Shown: positions 41,816-52,610 of the stretch, piece after piece
How the letters are laid out: the number at the start of each line of letters is the position of its first letter
How positions within the stretch are numbered: the stretch's first letter is position 1
NCBI RefSeq assembly: GCF_009834535.1
Contig: NC_045696.1
Coordinates: 3,660,001 to 3,724,000 of the forward strand
Reading direction: 5' to 3'
DNA: 64,000 nt
DNA from: Camelus ferus
Lineage: Eukaryota
Made by a program: the position numbers and the translations under genes
The notes under the pieces: model-generated
The model's database searches: none
What the model was told of the DNA's origin: nothing
The model's input: only the letters and a program-made list of their open reading frames with translations

Positions 41816-44171
41816 ACCAATGAATTGTTGGTTGATAGATGGCTGATAGTTAAATAGTTGAATGATAGCTGACTGATGGATGGATTATGGTGACAGGTAG
41901 TCCCCCCCATCCTGGATAGACAGTAATGTGCACTCTGCACTCCCCTCCCCCTTGCTGTGTTCCCTGCGACCCCCTCCCCCAGGGCTGCATCCAGGGATCG
42001 TCTTCCTCCTGCTTCCCGGCTGCCTGGTGCTCTCTTCCATGGGGACCAGTGGCCACAGTCCACCCAGTACCCCTCAGTGGGGGTTTGGGTTGCTGCCAAT
42101 GCTTTGCTTTAACAAATTGTACAGTATTTGAACAGAAATGAGTGTCGTTACATAAATGCCTGTGACATGTTCTTTCACTGAATGTAACAGAATAGTGTCC
42201 TGCTTGTCCACGCCCACGGGGAAATGCACCAGATTGGACTGATGGCAGATTAGACTTTTGGGTGAACGCCCACAAAAGCAGCCCAGACTGAAAGAAAAAA
42301 GACAGTCAGAGCCGACACGGGTGTAGGGCAGGTTGTGCGGACATGGTTCCAAGGACATGTTTGCCCATTCAATTCCCACAGTCCTGGGAAGTTGAGACCC
42401 TCCTTCCACCTTCCTCCTCCTACAGAGGGAGAAACTGAAGGCAGACAGCCCAGCCGCCCACCCACCAGGAGGTGGCCCAAACCATGGCACCATGCTGCCC
42501 ACCGCCGTCCCGACCGAGAGACCCAGGAGGCAGAGCCAGGTCACCGCCACCCGTGCTGACGGCAGCGCCTGGTACAAGAATCTGCCACGTGGGTGAAGGA
42601 CCCTTTGCTTGGGAGCCGGGCTGGCGCATCTGTAGGGCGGCTGGTCCTGATTCCCAAGCGCCCGCGGCTGCAGTTCCCAAGCTCGGCCCACAGGTGGCAG
42701 ATGCTCACCTTGCGGAGAGGCTGCCTTGAGATTTTTGGCAAAGCCACCAGGGTGTGTGTGAGAAGCAGTACCCGAGAATTCCTGTCCAAATAGACATCTT
42801 GGAAGGAAAAGTCTTGGCTGGCGTGATCTGATCCGGAGCAGCGAGAAGAGAGACCCAGCAGGTGGAGTAACAACATGCTGTGCAGGGCCGCGGCCTGGTG
42901 GGTGTGATTTGTGGGTGGGGGGAGAGGCAGAAGGCGGCCTCCACCGCCCAGCAGAGCAACTAAGCCCTCTGCACTCAGGAGCAGAGCCGGAGGCCAGCCC
43001 AACCTTCAGACGCCTTGCTTTCAGATCGTTTTAATACAGCTCAGGTTGCTTCAGAAAGAGAGCTTCTGATTTCTCTTCTTTTCGTCAGAGGACCTGCCTG
43101 GACAAGTGCAGTCTATGCCCCGACTGTTCACCTCACTGACCTTGAACAGTAGCTTCAGGCTTCATTGTAGCAGCTTAGAAATGGCTTAAAAAAACACAAC
43201 AACAAAATAAGATCTAAAACTATACCCTGTAGAGGGAGGAGCTATCCCCTCCCCCGGTTTTCAAGGTTTTAGATTTCATATTTCCTCAGTATGTTTTGTT
43301 ATCATAACAGGTATTGGAACGAAGTTGGTCCAGAGTTGGACCTTCACCTCTGTCTTCTGTCTTCAGAGCAACACGACAAGGTTGCCTTTTGCTTGTGTCG
43401 CGATTTTAAAATTCTAGGCCCATTTCATTTCATGGGCACTTGTGTCTTGTGCTGCAAACCAGCAACTTAATAAACAAAACTGCTGCCCATGTCAAACTCC
43501 CACCGCCTCTACTGAGAGCGGGTGTCAGCGTTACAAGTTCTCCACGGTGTGCAGTATTTCTTTCAGAAGTGGGTGTTTTAGGGGAGAAATTGACCAGATA
43601 TTTGCAAGATTACTTGGAAGGAAAATTGGTTACCAACAGAAAGAGAGAAGAGAAAACAATGGAGGAACATCTTAAGAATGTATTTAAGTATCAACTTTAT
43701 AATTAATTTAACTTAGCATATATTTATAACCACAGTTCCCAGACTGTGTGCCATGGCACCCTGGACCAGCACCGAGGACCCACAGGGGTGACGCAGGTCA
43801 TTTTAATTTTGAAGGGAACCAGCGAAACCTACCAGAAACCATGTGAACTGCTTAACTTCAGCTAATTCACACATTTGATATTTGATTCTGCTATATTCTG
43901 ATAATGTCATATCTTTGCAAAATTGGGCTTTGGGCAGTTGCTGTCACCAAAAGTAAGTACTGGATGAAAATCAGTGTGACAAGGAACAGAGGTGACAGGG
44001 TTTCATTTGATTCCCAGTTTTAAGAAATTGTGTAGTGCGCAACAGGCACAACTATCCCATTAGTACATAATTAGACTTATTTAAGAAGGAAATACATTTT
44101 TTTACTTCAATTTATGTGGATCTTTTTTTTAAAAACAGCTATGTTGTTGTTCGAACATAAATCATTTAAAA

Positions 44172-44835
44172 AAATTGAAGTGAAATTCACATCACATACA
44201 ATTAACCTGCATTAGGGTGATAAAACATACATAACACAAAATTTATCATTTTAACCATTTTTAAGCGTACAACTCATTGGCATTTAGCACGTTTACAATG
44301 TGGTGCGATCACCACTACTATCTAGTTCCAGAGCATTGCCATCACCCCAGAAGGAAAGCCTGAACCTTTTAAGCAGATGTTCTATATTCTCCCCGCACCC
44401 CCACCACCACCCCCTCCCAGCTCCTGGCAACCACTAATCTCCTTTCTGTCTCTGTGGATTTACCTATTCTAGAAATTTAATACAAATGAGCTGGTATAAT
44501 ATGTGGCATTTTGTGTCTGGCTTCTTTCACTTGGCATAATGTTTTCAAGGGTCATCCATGTTGTAGCCTGTGTCAGGGCGTCACTCTGTTTTATGACTGA
44601 ATAATAGTCAATTGCATGGATATACAACATCTTTGCTCATCTGTTTCTCCATTAGTGGACACCGGGGTTGTTTTAACCTTTTACTATTTCAGATAATGCT
44701 GCTATGAACACTTGAGTACAAGTTCTTGTTTGAATTACTGTTTTCAATTCTTTCAGGTCTATACCCACGAGAGAAATTGCTAGGTCATATGGTAATTCTA
44801 TGCTTAACATCTTGATGGCCTGCCAGACCATTATC
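44172..44835 (-). mobile_element. Old L1 (L1MB-like) 3' region
   Basis: ttgaagtgaaattcacat, ggcaaccactaatct, gtctggcttctttcacttggcataatgttttcaagg motifs. Confidence 0.8.
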
Positions 44836-45387
44836 CCATAAAGGCTTTTTGAGTTGTTTGATCCCAACCAACTTAATAAACAGAACTGCTGGGCACCTCT
44901 TGTCTAAGCACGCCGGAGAAAGAGCGCTGAGACACTAAAGGTGCGCGTGGTGGGGAGGGGGGGTTTGGGGGCTTCTGACTCAGGGAGCTTGCACTGTACT
45001 GCCCAGGCACTGGGGGGCTCTGGGGACAGCCCAAGCAGGACTCATTCCTGAATAACTGAACTCACCAAGGGTGAGTGTCAGCAGGGATAACAAAGCCCCC
45101 AGCCTCCCGTGTGGCTCCGTGGGGGTGACGTCAGCTGGAGTGGGGCAGTGCTGATATAGACTGGAAGGCCTTGGTGACACAGAACAGAAAGCGATGAAGG
45201 CAGGTGAGGCTGACTGAGGATTAGGGCCAAAGCATCCCAGGACTGGGAGCTACACATGCAGAGGGTCTGTGGAAGGAGGTGCCGGGGTGACAGAAGAACA
45301 AAAAGGCCCATGACAGGGACAAGGAGGGGGTGGTGTCAGCAATGAACCTGGACAGGTGGGCGGGACGGAGTCAGACACGGGCTTCTG

Positions 45388-45389
<2 letters not shown>

Positions 45390-45422
<33 letters not shown>
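45390..45422 (+). repeat. G33 homopolymer
   Basis: 33 consecutive G. Confidence 0.9.
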
Positions 45423-45424
<2 letters not shown>

Positions 45425-47559
45425 AGGCCACACTGCCCCCACAAGGCCCAGAGTGGAAGAGCCAGGAATTCATCAGCAGCCCCCCAATAAACGTGATGAG
45501 ACGCTTAGCCACATGCCCCGTGAGCTCGTAAAAGAGGTATGTGACCATGTCTGGGACTTGGGTGAAGACCGAGAGATGGGTTGAGTGGGAGTAAACCAGG
45601 CATCAGCTGAACTTTCCAGACAGACAGGACAGTTTGTGCAAAGGCCCTGGGGAGCCTCAGTTAGAGGAGCTGGGAGAAGTGGGGTGGGGGAGGGGCCGCC
45701 CAAGACCAAGAGCAGTGGTGGAGACCAGAGGGTGGTGCTGGAAGGGGAGGCCCGTTTCTGTCCTAAAGCAGTAGGTTGGATTTATGATTTCAAACCATCA
45801 GCTATGGCTTGAAGACCGGAGAGGGGCTGTGAGGACTCTGCTCGGAAATAGCCAAACGGCTGTGGGACTCGGGCCCCGGAGCTGGCGTGGGCAGAGGAGT
45901 TCCCTTAAGAGGTTCTCAGGAGGGACGAGCTAGTGTCTTGGTGATCAGACTATGCCAACATTTCTGCCAGGGGAAGGCACAGGTTGAAATCTATGTGCTA
46001 ATTGTCTAAATTGTTGAAAATTACAAATTAAGCTAAGAAAATGTTAAATACAATGTGCTCTGTCCTTCTGCTTTGACAAACACACCTTCACAACACCTTG
46101 GAGGGCCGGAGTCCAGCCCCTCCTTTTGTCCCACTCCAGCTTCGTGGCACACAGACAGAGGCCTCCCAGGCCCACCCCCAGCCCCACCCTAAGCCCCACC
46201 CTATCCCCTGCAAACAGCTTCCCGTAGCCATGCCTTGGCCTTGGGGGATTCACATCAGCAGTGGGCCGCGCTCTGGAGGATGGACCCATGCAGGGGTTGA
46301 AAGGTGAGTTTGGGGGCATTTGGGCTGGGAATTCCAGGGTGGCAGGTGCCCAGAGCTTGACGTAGGAGGGTGGGTACCTCCTGGCCCTGTGTAGATGGGC
46401 AGGCCCAAGGAAGTTCAGACAGGGGCCTTTGGAGCAGGCCTCTTATCCAGGCCTAAGATGGGGCTGTTGGCAACCAACTGGGTCTTGTGGGATGGAAGGT
46501 GAATGAGGTTCTGCACATACTTCTTGGTTCCTGGTCTTCAGAACAGAAGGCAGTTTATTCACAGAGATGGGGACTCTGAAAGGATGAATTTGGGGGATGA
46601 AAATCACAGGCTCATCTCACATGTGTTGAGGTGCCTTAGAGACGTTCCAGGGTGGGGGCCATGCTGGATTTTGGGGTCTGGAGCTCAGAGGAGAGCACTG
46701 GCCTGGAGTTATAAACATAGGATTCTTTGTTGAATAGACAGGAACTGAGGCCTTGGGCCTGGATGAGGTCACCTAAGGATAAAGAGGGAGGGAGGAGAGG
46801 GTCTAGACGGGGCTTTAAGGAGCCCGGCACTTAAAGATGAAAGCGCGGAGCAATGTTATGAGTATAATCCAACCAGCAAGTGCTCGACCAGAGGGCCTCT
46901 TGATGCTGCGTCCCCAGGGCAGGGCCCAAAAATGGCCTTACAAGAGGACACCCAGGGAGAACACAGACAGGACTGCTAGGGTCACAGAAGGCATCTCTCA
47001 AAAGGGAGATTGTGTAAAAAGGACATACTTGTTGAGAAAAGCCAGAAATTGGGAGTCAGTCCCCCCTCCTTCCTTTCTCGCCCAAACTCCTGGGGCGGCT
47101 GTAGAAATCCTTGCCTGGAATCTTGCTCCTGGTGTCCTGTTCTCCCAGATCACTTTTGCAGAATTAATGGAGGCAGAATCGCAGCAGCGAACCTTAAAAT
47201 CATGCAGGGAATTCTCAAAAATAGCCTTGCAAGTTGCAGCAGGAGTGGCAGTTCCAGGAGAGTAAGGCCTCCATCCTGGGGAGGAGCCTGCCAGGCAGAA
47301 AGAGGGCAGGGCTGGGAGGAGCCGCCGGGAGGGGCGAGGAGGGGAAAGGGAGGGCCGGGGACGGGGGAGGGAAGAGGGGCCGAGGAGAGGGAGAGGAGGG
47401 GGCAGGGAGGGAAGGACACCGCCCAGCGGCCAGGGCTCCACTGCCCCCTCCCCGTGAGCCCGTCCAGCCCGAGGACTTTAGAGGCGCTGGCTTCGTTCTG
47501 GGCCCCGGGAGCTCGGTCTGTCCCATATTGGCTGCAGGACCTAAGCCGTTCCCCTAGGA

Positions 47560-48340
47560 GAACTGTGTCACGGGGCGCGCTGCTCCGGCGACCCTGAGGA
47601 GGACAAAGATGAGTTTAAACCTCACGGAGCAGACACACACCCTAGAAGTAGTAACAACCGGCACCGTTTCTCCATCACCTGGTACCTGCCTGCCCTGCGC
47701 GCGCACTGTCTCCTTGAGGTCCCACGTCGGTGGGAGCCCCCTCTTCAGGGACCCGCAAACTCTCCCGCGGTCGCGGCGCTGGGACCCTGCCCCAGGAGAG
47801 TCCTCGCATCTGCCTCGTCCTTGACCTCTGGGGTCGGCCTGTCCCCCCGGGGGACGCAGAGGCAGCTCCCTGCCCTCCTCCGGCTCGCAGGGTCAGCGCG
47901 CCCAGGGCTAGGTGACCACGCGGGGAAGGGGACATCACCTCGCAGCCGGGCACCGCTGGAGGCCCCGGACCGGAGGGGCCGCCTGTTGCGATGCGCTGGC
48001 GAGGGCCGAGGTGGGAGGAAGCAGATTTAGGAATTCTTAGGGAGAACGACCAGGAGAAGCCCTGGGGGCCTGCTCTTCTCTCCTCGCTGCCCCTCCCCTG
48101 CTCACCCCAGCTTCGCGGCGGGTCCGCTCCTATCTGAGCGTCAAGCCCTCCGGGCTCCGCTTACAAAAGTACTTTCTTCCTGAGGCCTGTGCCGTGTGCC
48201 TGGCGCTGCGCCCGCGCCGGCGCCCACGGTCTGCGCGCACGGAGCTTCTCGCGCTCCCCGCACCCCGGCCCGCACCCCGGCCCCCACCGTCGTGGTCGCG
48301 ATGGTCCTCACGACCACTTCTCCAGCGCGAGATGCGTGCC
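47560..48340. promoter_or_regulatory. Second CpG-rich island ~4 kb upstream of RIPK4
   Basis: High CpG density ending abruptly in AT-rich DNA at ~48340; no recognisable CDS. Confidence 0.55.
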
Positions 48341-49076
48341 TTGCACTATTACCCACCCAATATTTTTCTTGAAATCGGTCCACTGTTATTTTTACCTAAA
48401 ATATATTCAAAGTGACTTTATGCTTTGATTAAAAGTTTTCATTGCTATAAAAATTATTGATACGTAGTGGGTTCAATCATTTCGGAGACTACGATTGTTT
48501 ACAAAAGTATAGATGAAATTTCTTTGTTTACTAAGAAATGTGCAACAGCTCATTAAGATGGAAAACAATCCAGTATGCATTTTCTTATGTAACATTCTGT
48601 TAAGATTTATTGTATTTTAAAGCTAACAGGAAAAGCTTTAAATTTCAATTTTGTATGCTTAATCGCATACAGAAAATGGTATGTTAGGATTTATAAAAAA
48701 CAACTTACAAGTGCTCAAACACCTACAGTTTAAAAATGACGACCTTTATATTTTGTGCCTTTTTAAATAAGGTAAATCATTTAAACAAACTGATTTTTGG
48801 TGTTCATTTTACATCTTTTCACATAGTTTGTCGCTGTTACTTGCTACATTTTTATGTTACATATTCGTATAACAAAATAAGACTAAATATTTTCTTTAGA
48901 CTCTTTAGTCTCATAACTTAATGTAGTACCAAGTTTTCTCTGTCAAAAATGGTAAGATATCTTCTACATCTAAACTGTCTTCGTGGTTTCTTGGATGGCC
49001 ATGGAGTAACCCCAAAGGTTTATCTCCTCACATTGTAAAATAAACAATGCTAAAATAATCATTAAAATATTAAAAC

Positions 49077-49356
49077 ATAGAAAACAAACTTATGGTTATG
49101 GGGTGGGGAACAGGGTGGAGTCAGGGAGGGATAAATTAGGAGTTTGGGCTTTTCAGATACCCACTACTATATATAAAATAGATATACAACAAGGTCCTCC
49201 TGTTTAGCACAGGGAACTATGGTCAATAGCTTGTAATAACCTATAATGATAAATTATATATATATGTATGTATATATATGTATAACTGAACCACCATGCT
49301 GTGCAACTGAAATTAACACAACATTGGAAATCATCTATACTTCAGTAACATTTTAA
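49077..49356 (+). mobile_element. L1 3'-end insertion
   Basis: atagaaaacaaacttatggtt...gggagggataaattaggagtttggg...ctatacttcagtaa. Confidence 0.85.
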
Positions 49357-49372
49357 AAAATATTGAAACTTG

Positions 49373-49484
49373 TGGGAGGGCACAGCTCAGTGGTAGAGCT
49401 CTTGCTTAGCATGCACAAGGACCTAGGTTCAATCCCCAGTACCTCCGTTATAACTAAATAAATAATCTAATTACCTCCTCCCCG
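49373..49484 (+). mobile_element. tRNA-Ala-derived SINE with TSD aaaatattgaaac
   Basis: A/B boxes; TSD at 49357-49369 and 49485-49497. Confidence 0.85.
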
Positions 49485-49503
49485 AAAATATTGAAACAGT
49501 AAC

Positions 49504-49770
49504 TTTTTTTATCAGTAATTTATTTTGGTGAAGTATAGTTGATGTAGAATATTATATAAGTTACAGGTGCACAATATAGTGATTCACAATTTTTAAAGGT
49601 TCTACTCCATTTATAGTTATTATAAAATATCGGTTATATCCCCTGTGTGGCATGTTCTTGTAGATAGTTTTATACATAATAGTTTGTACCTCTTAATTCT
49701 CTGCCCCTATATTGCTCTTCTCCCCACAGGTAACCATTAGGTTTTTCTCTATTTCTGTGAGTCTGTTTCT
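49504..49770 (-). mobile_element. L1 3'-end fragment, antisense
   Basis: tgaagtatagttgat...gtttgtacctcttaa...ctgtgagtctgtttct. Confidence 0.8.
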
Positions 49771-49785
49771 AGCTGTAAGTTACTT

Positions 49786-49940
49786 TTGTTTGTTTATTTG
49801 TTTTTTTTGGGGGGGGGTAATTAGGTTTACTAATTTAATTTTTATTGGAGGTACTGGGGATTGAACCCAGGACCTTGTACATGCTAAACATGCCCTCTAC
49901 CACTAAACATTTACTCTACCACTAAGCCATACCCTCCTCA
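49786..49940 (-). mobile_element. tRNA-Ala-derived SINE with a short internal duplication; TSD taagttactt
   Basis: Reverse SINE head; ctctaccactaa occurs twice; TSD at 49776-49785 and 49944-49953. Confidence 0.8.
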
Positions 49941-51294
49941 ATATAAGTTACTTATATACTTGGAAATGTCAATCCTTTCCTGCCAATGACCAATGACCAT
50001 TAACATAAATAACAATTACTCTCCTATTATCAATCCCAGAGGGTCTCTAACCCACCTGACTTTAAGATTTCTGCTAGGGACTTTGTTTTCCTTTTACAGA
50101 TTGAAAACCTGACCCTCAGAATGGGTTGAGTGGCCGAGATGAGGACCCCAGTGAAGTTGGAGGAGCAGCTGGGCCCGTCCACCCAGCCCTGGCCAGGATC
50201 TTTGGCCCCTATCCTCGCAGCTGGGGGCTGATTGTCAAGGCCCCTGTGGGCTCTGGTTCCGTGGCCCAGGAGCCCAACGCTGAGCCTGCAGCAGACACTC
50301 CATAAATATTTGTTGAGTGAAGCAAGCAGGTGATTAAATAAATGAAATTGGTGTGATTTATTACTAGACTGGTGTGGACTGTTAGTCACCAATGCCGCTG
50401 AACTTCCTGCAGTGAGACTCTAGAATATGCAGGGTGTCTAGAGAAAGGTGCCAGAAGCAGGACACATGACTCATTTTCTACTCAATTCATTTTTTCCCCT
50501 CCAAAATAATGACTATAGTTTATGTATTTCAGGTTATCTTTATATATTTTGGATTCCACTTATTTTTTTAAATGTTAGTTTAAATAGTTCCATTTGTGAC
50601 AAACCAACTTGAAATAACTATTTCCCACTCCAGTTGCAAGGAGATCAATTTTGATTTCAACATTATATCATAAAGGATGTGACTGCCTGATTTTCCCAGG
50701 AGGCGCTGGAACACGCACTGTCCTGTGTGATCCAGTGTGTGAGCACTTGCCAAAGAGAAGTCCCAGGAGAAAGTGGGGCTCGGTCACTGGCTGTAAAATA
50801 AGATTATGTGCCCAGTGGAAGGTAAGGTCTTTAGAAGCCAAGTCTGAGCTTCTAGTGTGGCTGCTGGCTTATATAGATGCTGGTTTAGATCAACCTCTCC
50901 TTTTCAGGTAACTAACACAAAAAAACAGTTAATGTTATTAAAATGCTCCCTCTTGTCTCCCCCATCCTGCCCCCATTATTTATCTCATTTGGTCAAGAAT
51001 AAGTCTTCCTTCACTGCACAGTCATACACTAATGAGTGTTTTTCAGGTGTGAAAGTTTGTAATTACACTTCTTGACCTCTGACCCAGGTATCTGTCCAAA
51101 TGCATTCCAGCTGGGATTATTTTCCCCTACAGGTGGAAAAAACATCTTTCCTTTTCAAGTGATCTGTTCTACCTGTAAAAAGACACGGTTCTCTAGGAAA
51201 GGTTGGAAGACCCCCTACGCTTTAGATTTGCTGTTGGGGTAATTTTAAAATAAATCTTACTTTCAAAGTGGAAACTTCGGTGAAAAAGAGCCAG

Positions 51295-51722
51295 ACATGA
51301 ATCTCCAGGAGTTACGCCGAATGCAAAAAGCCATGAGCTGCCACTCTGTATGATTCCTATGTACTAACATAACCTATTTTGAAATAACACAATTTTTAGA
51401 AATAGAGGAACGATTAGTGATGGCCAGGGCTTGGGAGTTCAGTTATAAAAGGGCCACGAGAGGGCTTCTTGGGCCTTGGAACGTCCCCTATATTGACTGT
51501 AGTGGGGGATACACGAACCTACACAGGTGATAACATTTTATAGAACTTATTACTCACCAACAAGGACAAATAAAATTGGGGAAACCTGAATAAGGTTGGT
51601 GGATTGTACCAAAGTCAGTATTTACATTTTTCTTGTTTTGCAAAGTTTTCCAAAGTGATAGCACTGGGGAAAAACTTGGCAGAGGGAATTATTGTTTACA
51701 ACTGCATATGATTCTACAATGA
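51295..51722 (+). mobile_element. Old L1 (L1MC-like) 3' fragment abutting the RIPK4 CpG island
   Basis: atgaatctccagg...ctgtatgattcc...atagaggaacgattagtg...tgaataaggttggtggattgtacc. Confidence 0.6.
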
Positions 51723-51749
51723 CCTGTACACGCACACACATTCGCACAC

Positions 51750-52610
51750 ACGCAGGCCAGCGGCCGCGCGCGGCGCCGGGTCCTTCCCATGCTGGGCGTA
51801 AGCGCGGTGAGTCCGCGCGTCCCTGGGTGAGTCTGCCCCGAGCCCGGGCCCGGGGTAGGGGCGGGGCTGGCGGGGGCGGGGCGCACGGCGGACGTGACGT
51901 CAGCGGGCGGGGCGCGCACCTGGGCACCTGGGCGGCCGCGGCGGCGCGGGGCGTCGGCTAGACGCGCGCGATGGAGGGCGAGAGCCGGAGCCCGTGGGCC
52001 TTGGGGCTGCTGCGCACCTTCGACGCGGGCGAGTTCGCGAGCTGGGAGAAGGTGGGCTCGGGCGGCTTCGGGCAGGTGTACAAGGTGCGCCACGTCCACT
52101 GGAAGACGTGGCTCGCCATCAAGTGCTCGCCGAGCCTGCACGTCGACGACAGGTCAGCGGCCCGGGCAGGGGCAGGGGCGGTGGCGCTGGGGCGGGCGGC
52201 GGGGCCCGGCCTCGCAGCGGCGGGCCGGGGTCGGGGTGCTCATCCTCTCCAGCTGAGTCACCTCCAGAGCAGCCTCGGAGGGAGAGCAAGCGCCGGGCGA
52301 GGCCGCGAGCCCCCGGGGCGTTTGCTCCGCTTGCCGGGCCGGAGGGACGCGGGGGGTGGTTTGGCGAGCTCGGGGGCTCATTGCTCACGCCGGGGCCCCG
52401 GGCTGCGGCTCCTACGGGTGACCTCGGGGGCGGTGGGGGTGCGTTTGCCTAAGACGTTGTAAAGTGCCCGGTATTGTTACCTGGCTTCCGGTGAGCCGCG
52501 GGATTTCAGGGTCGCGGGCTCACCTAGCGCCTGGGACCCGCGCCCCTCGGAGGAGCGTCCGGCAAGCCCAGGAGGCACCCGGGTGCTGCGGTCAGCGCCG
52601 GGCTTAGAAA
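51750..52610 (+). promoter_or_regulatory. RIPK4: RIPK4 CpG-island promoter with GC boxes (GGGGCGGGG, ~51858 and ~51873) and a palindromic CRE TGACGTCA (51895-51902)
   Basis: Dense CpG around the ATG at 51971; motifs read directly; no TATA box seen. Confidence 0.85.
51971..52152 (+). CDS. RIPK4: RIPK4 coding exon 1 ([22 protein letters not shown]...GSGGFGQV...[14 protein letters not shown]), kinase N-lobe
   Basis: Gly-rich loop and AIK lysine; Kozak gcgATGG; gtcagc donor, phase 2. Confidence 0.97.

Noticed and set aside
42339..42362. Second p53/p63-like pair GGACATGGTT-ccaa-GGACATGTTT
   Set aside because: A 4-bp spacer plus a mismatch make it much weaker than the 31819 site; not supportable from sequence alone.
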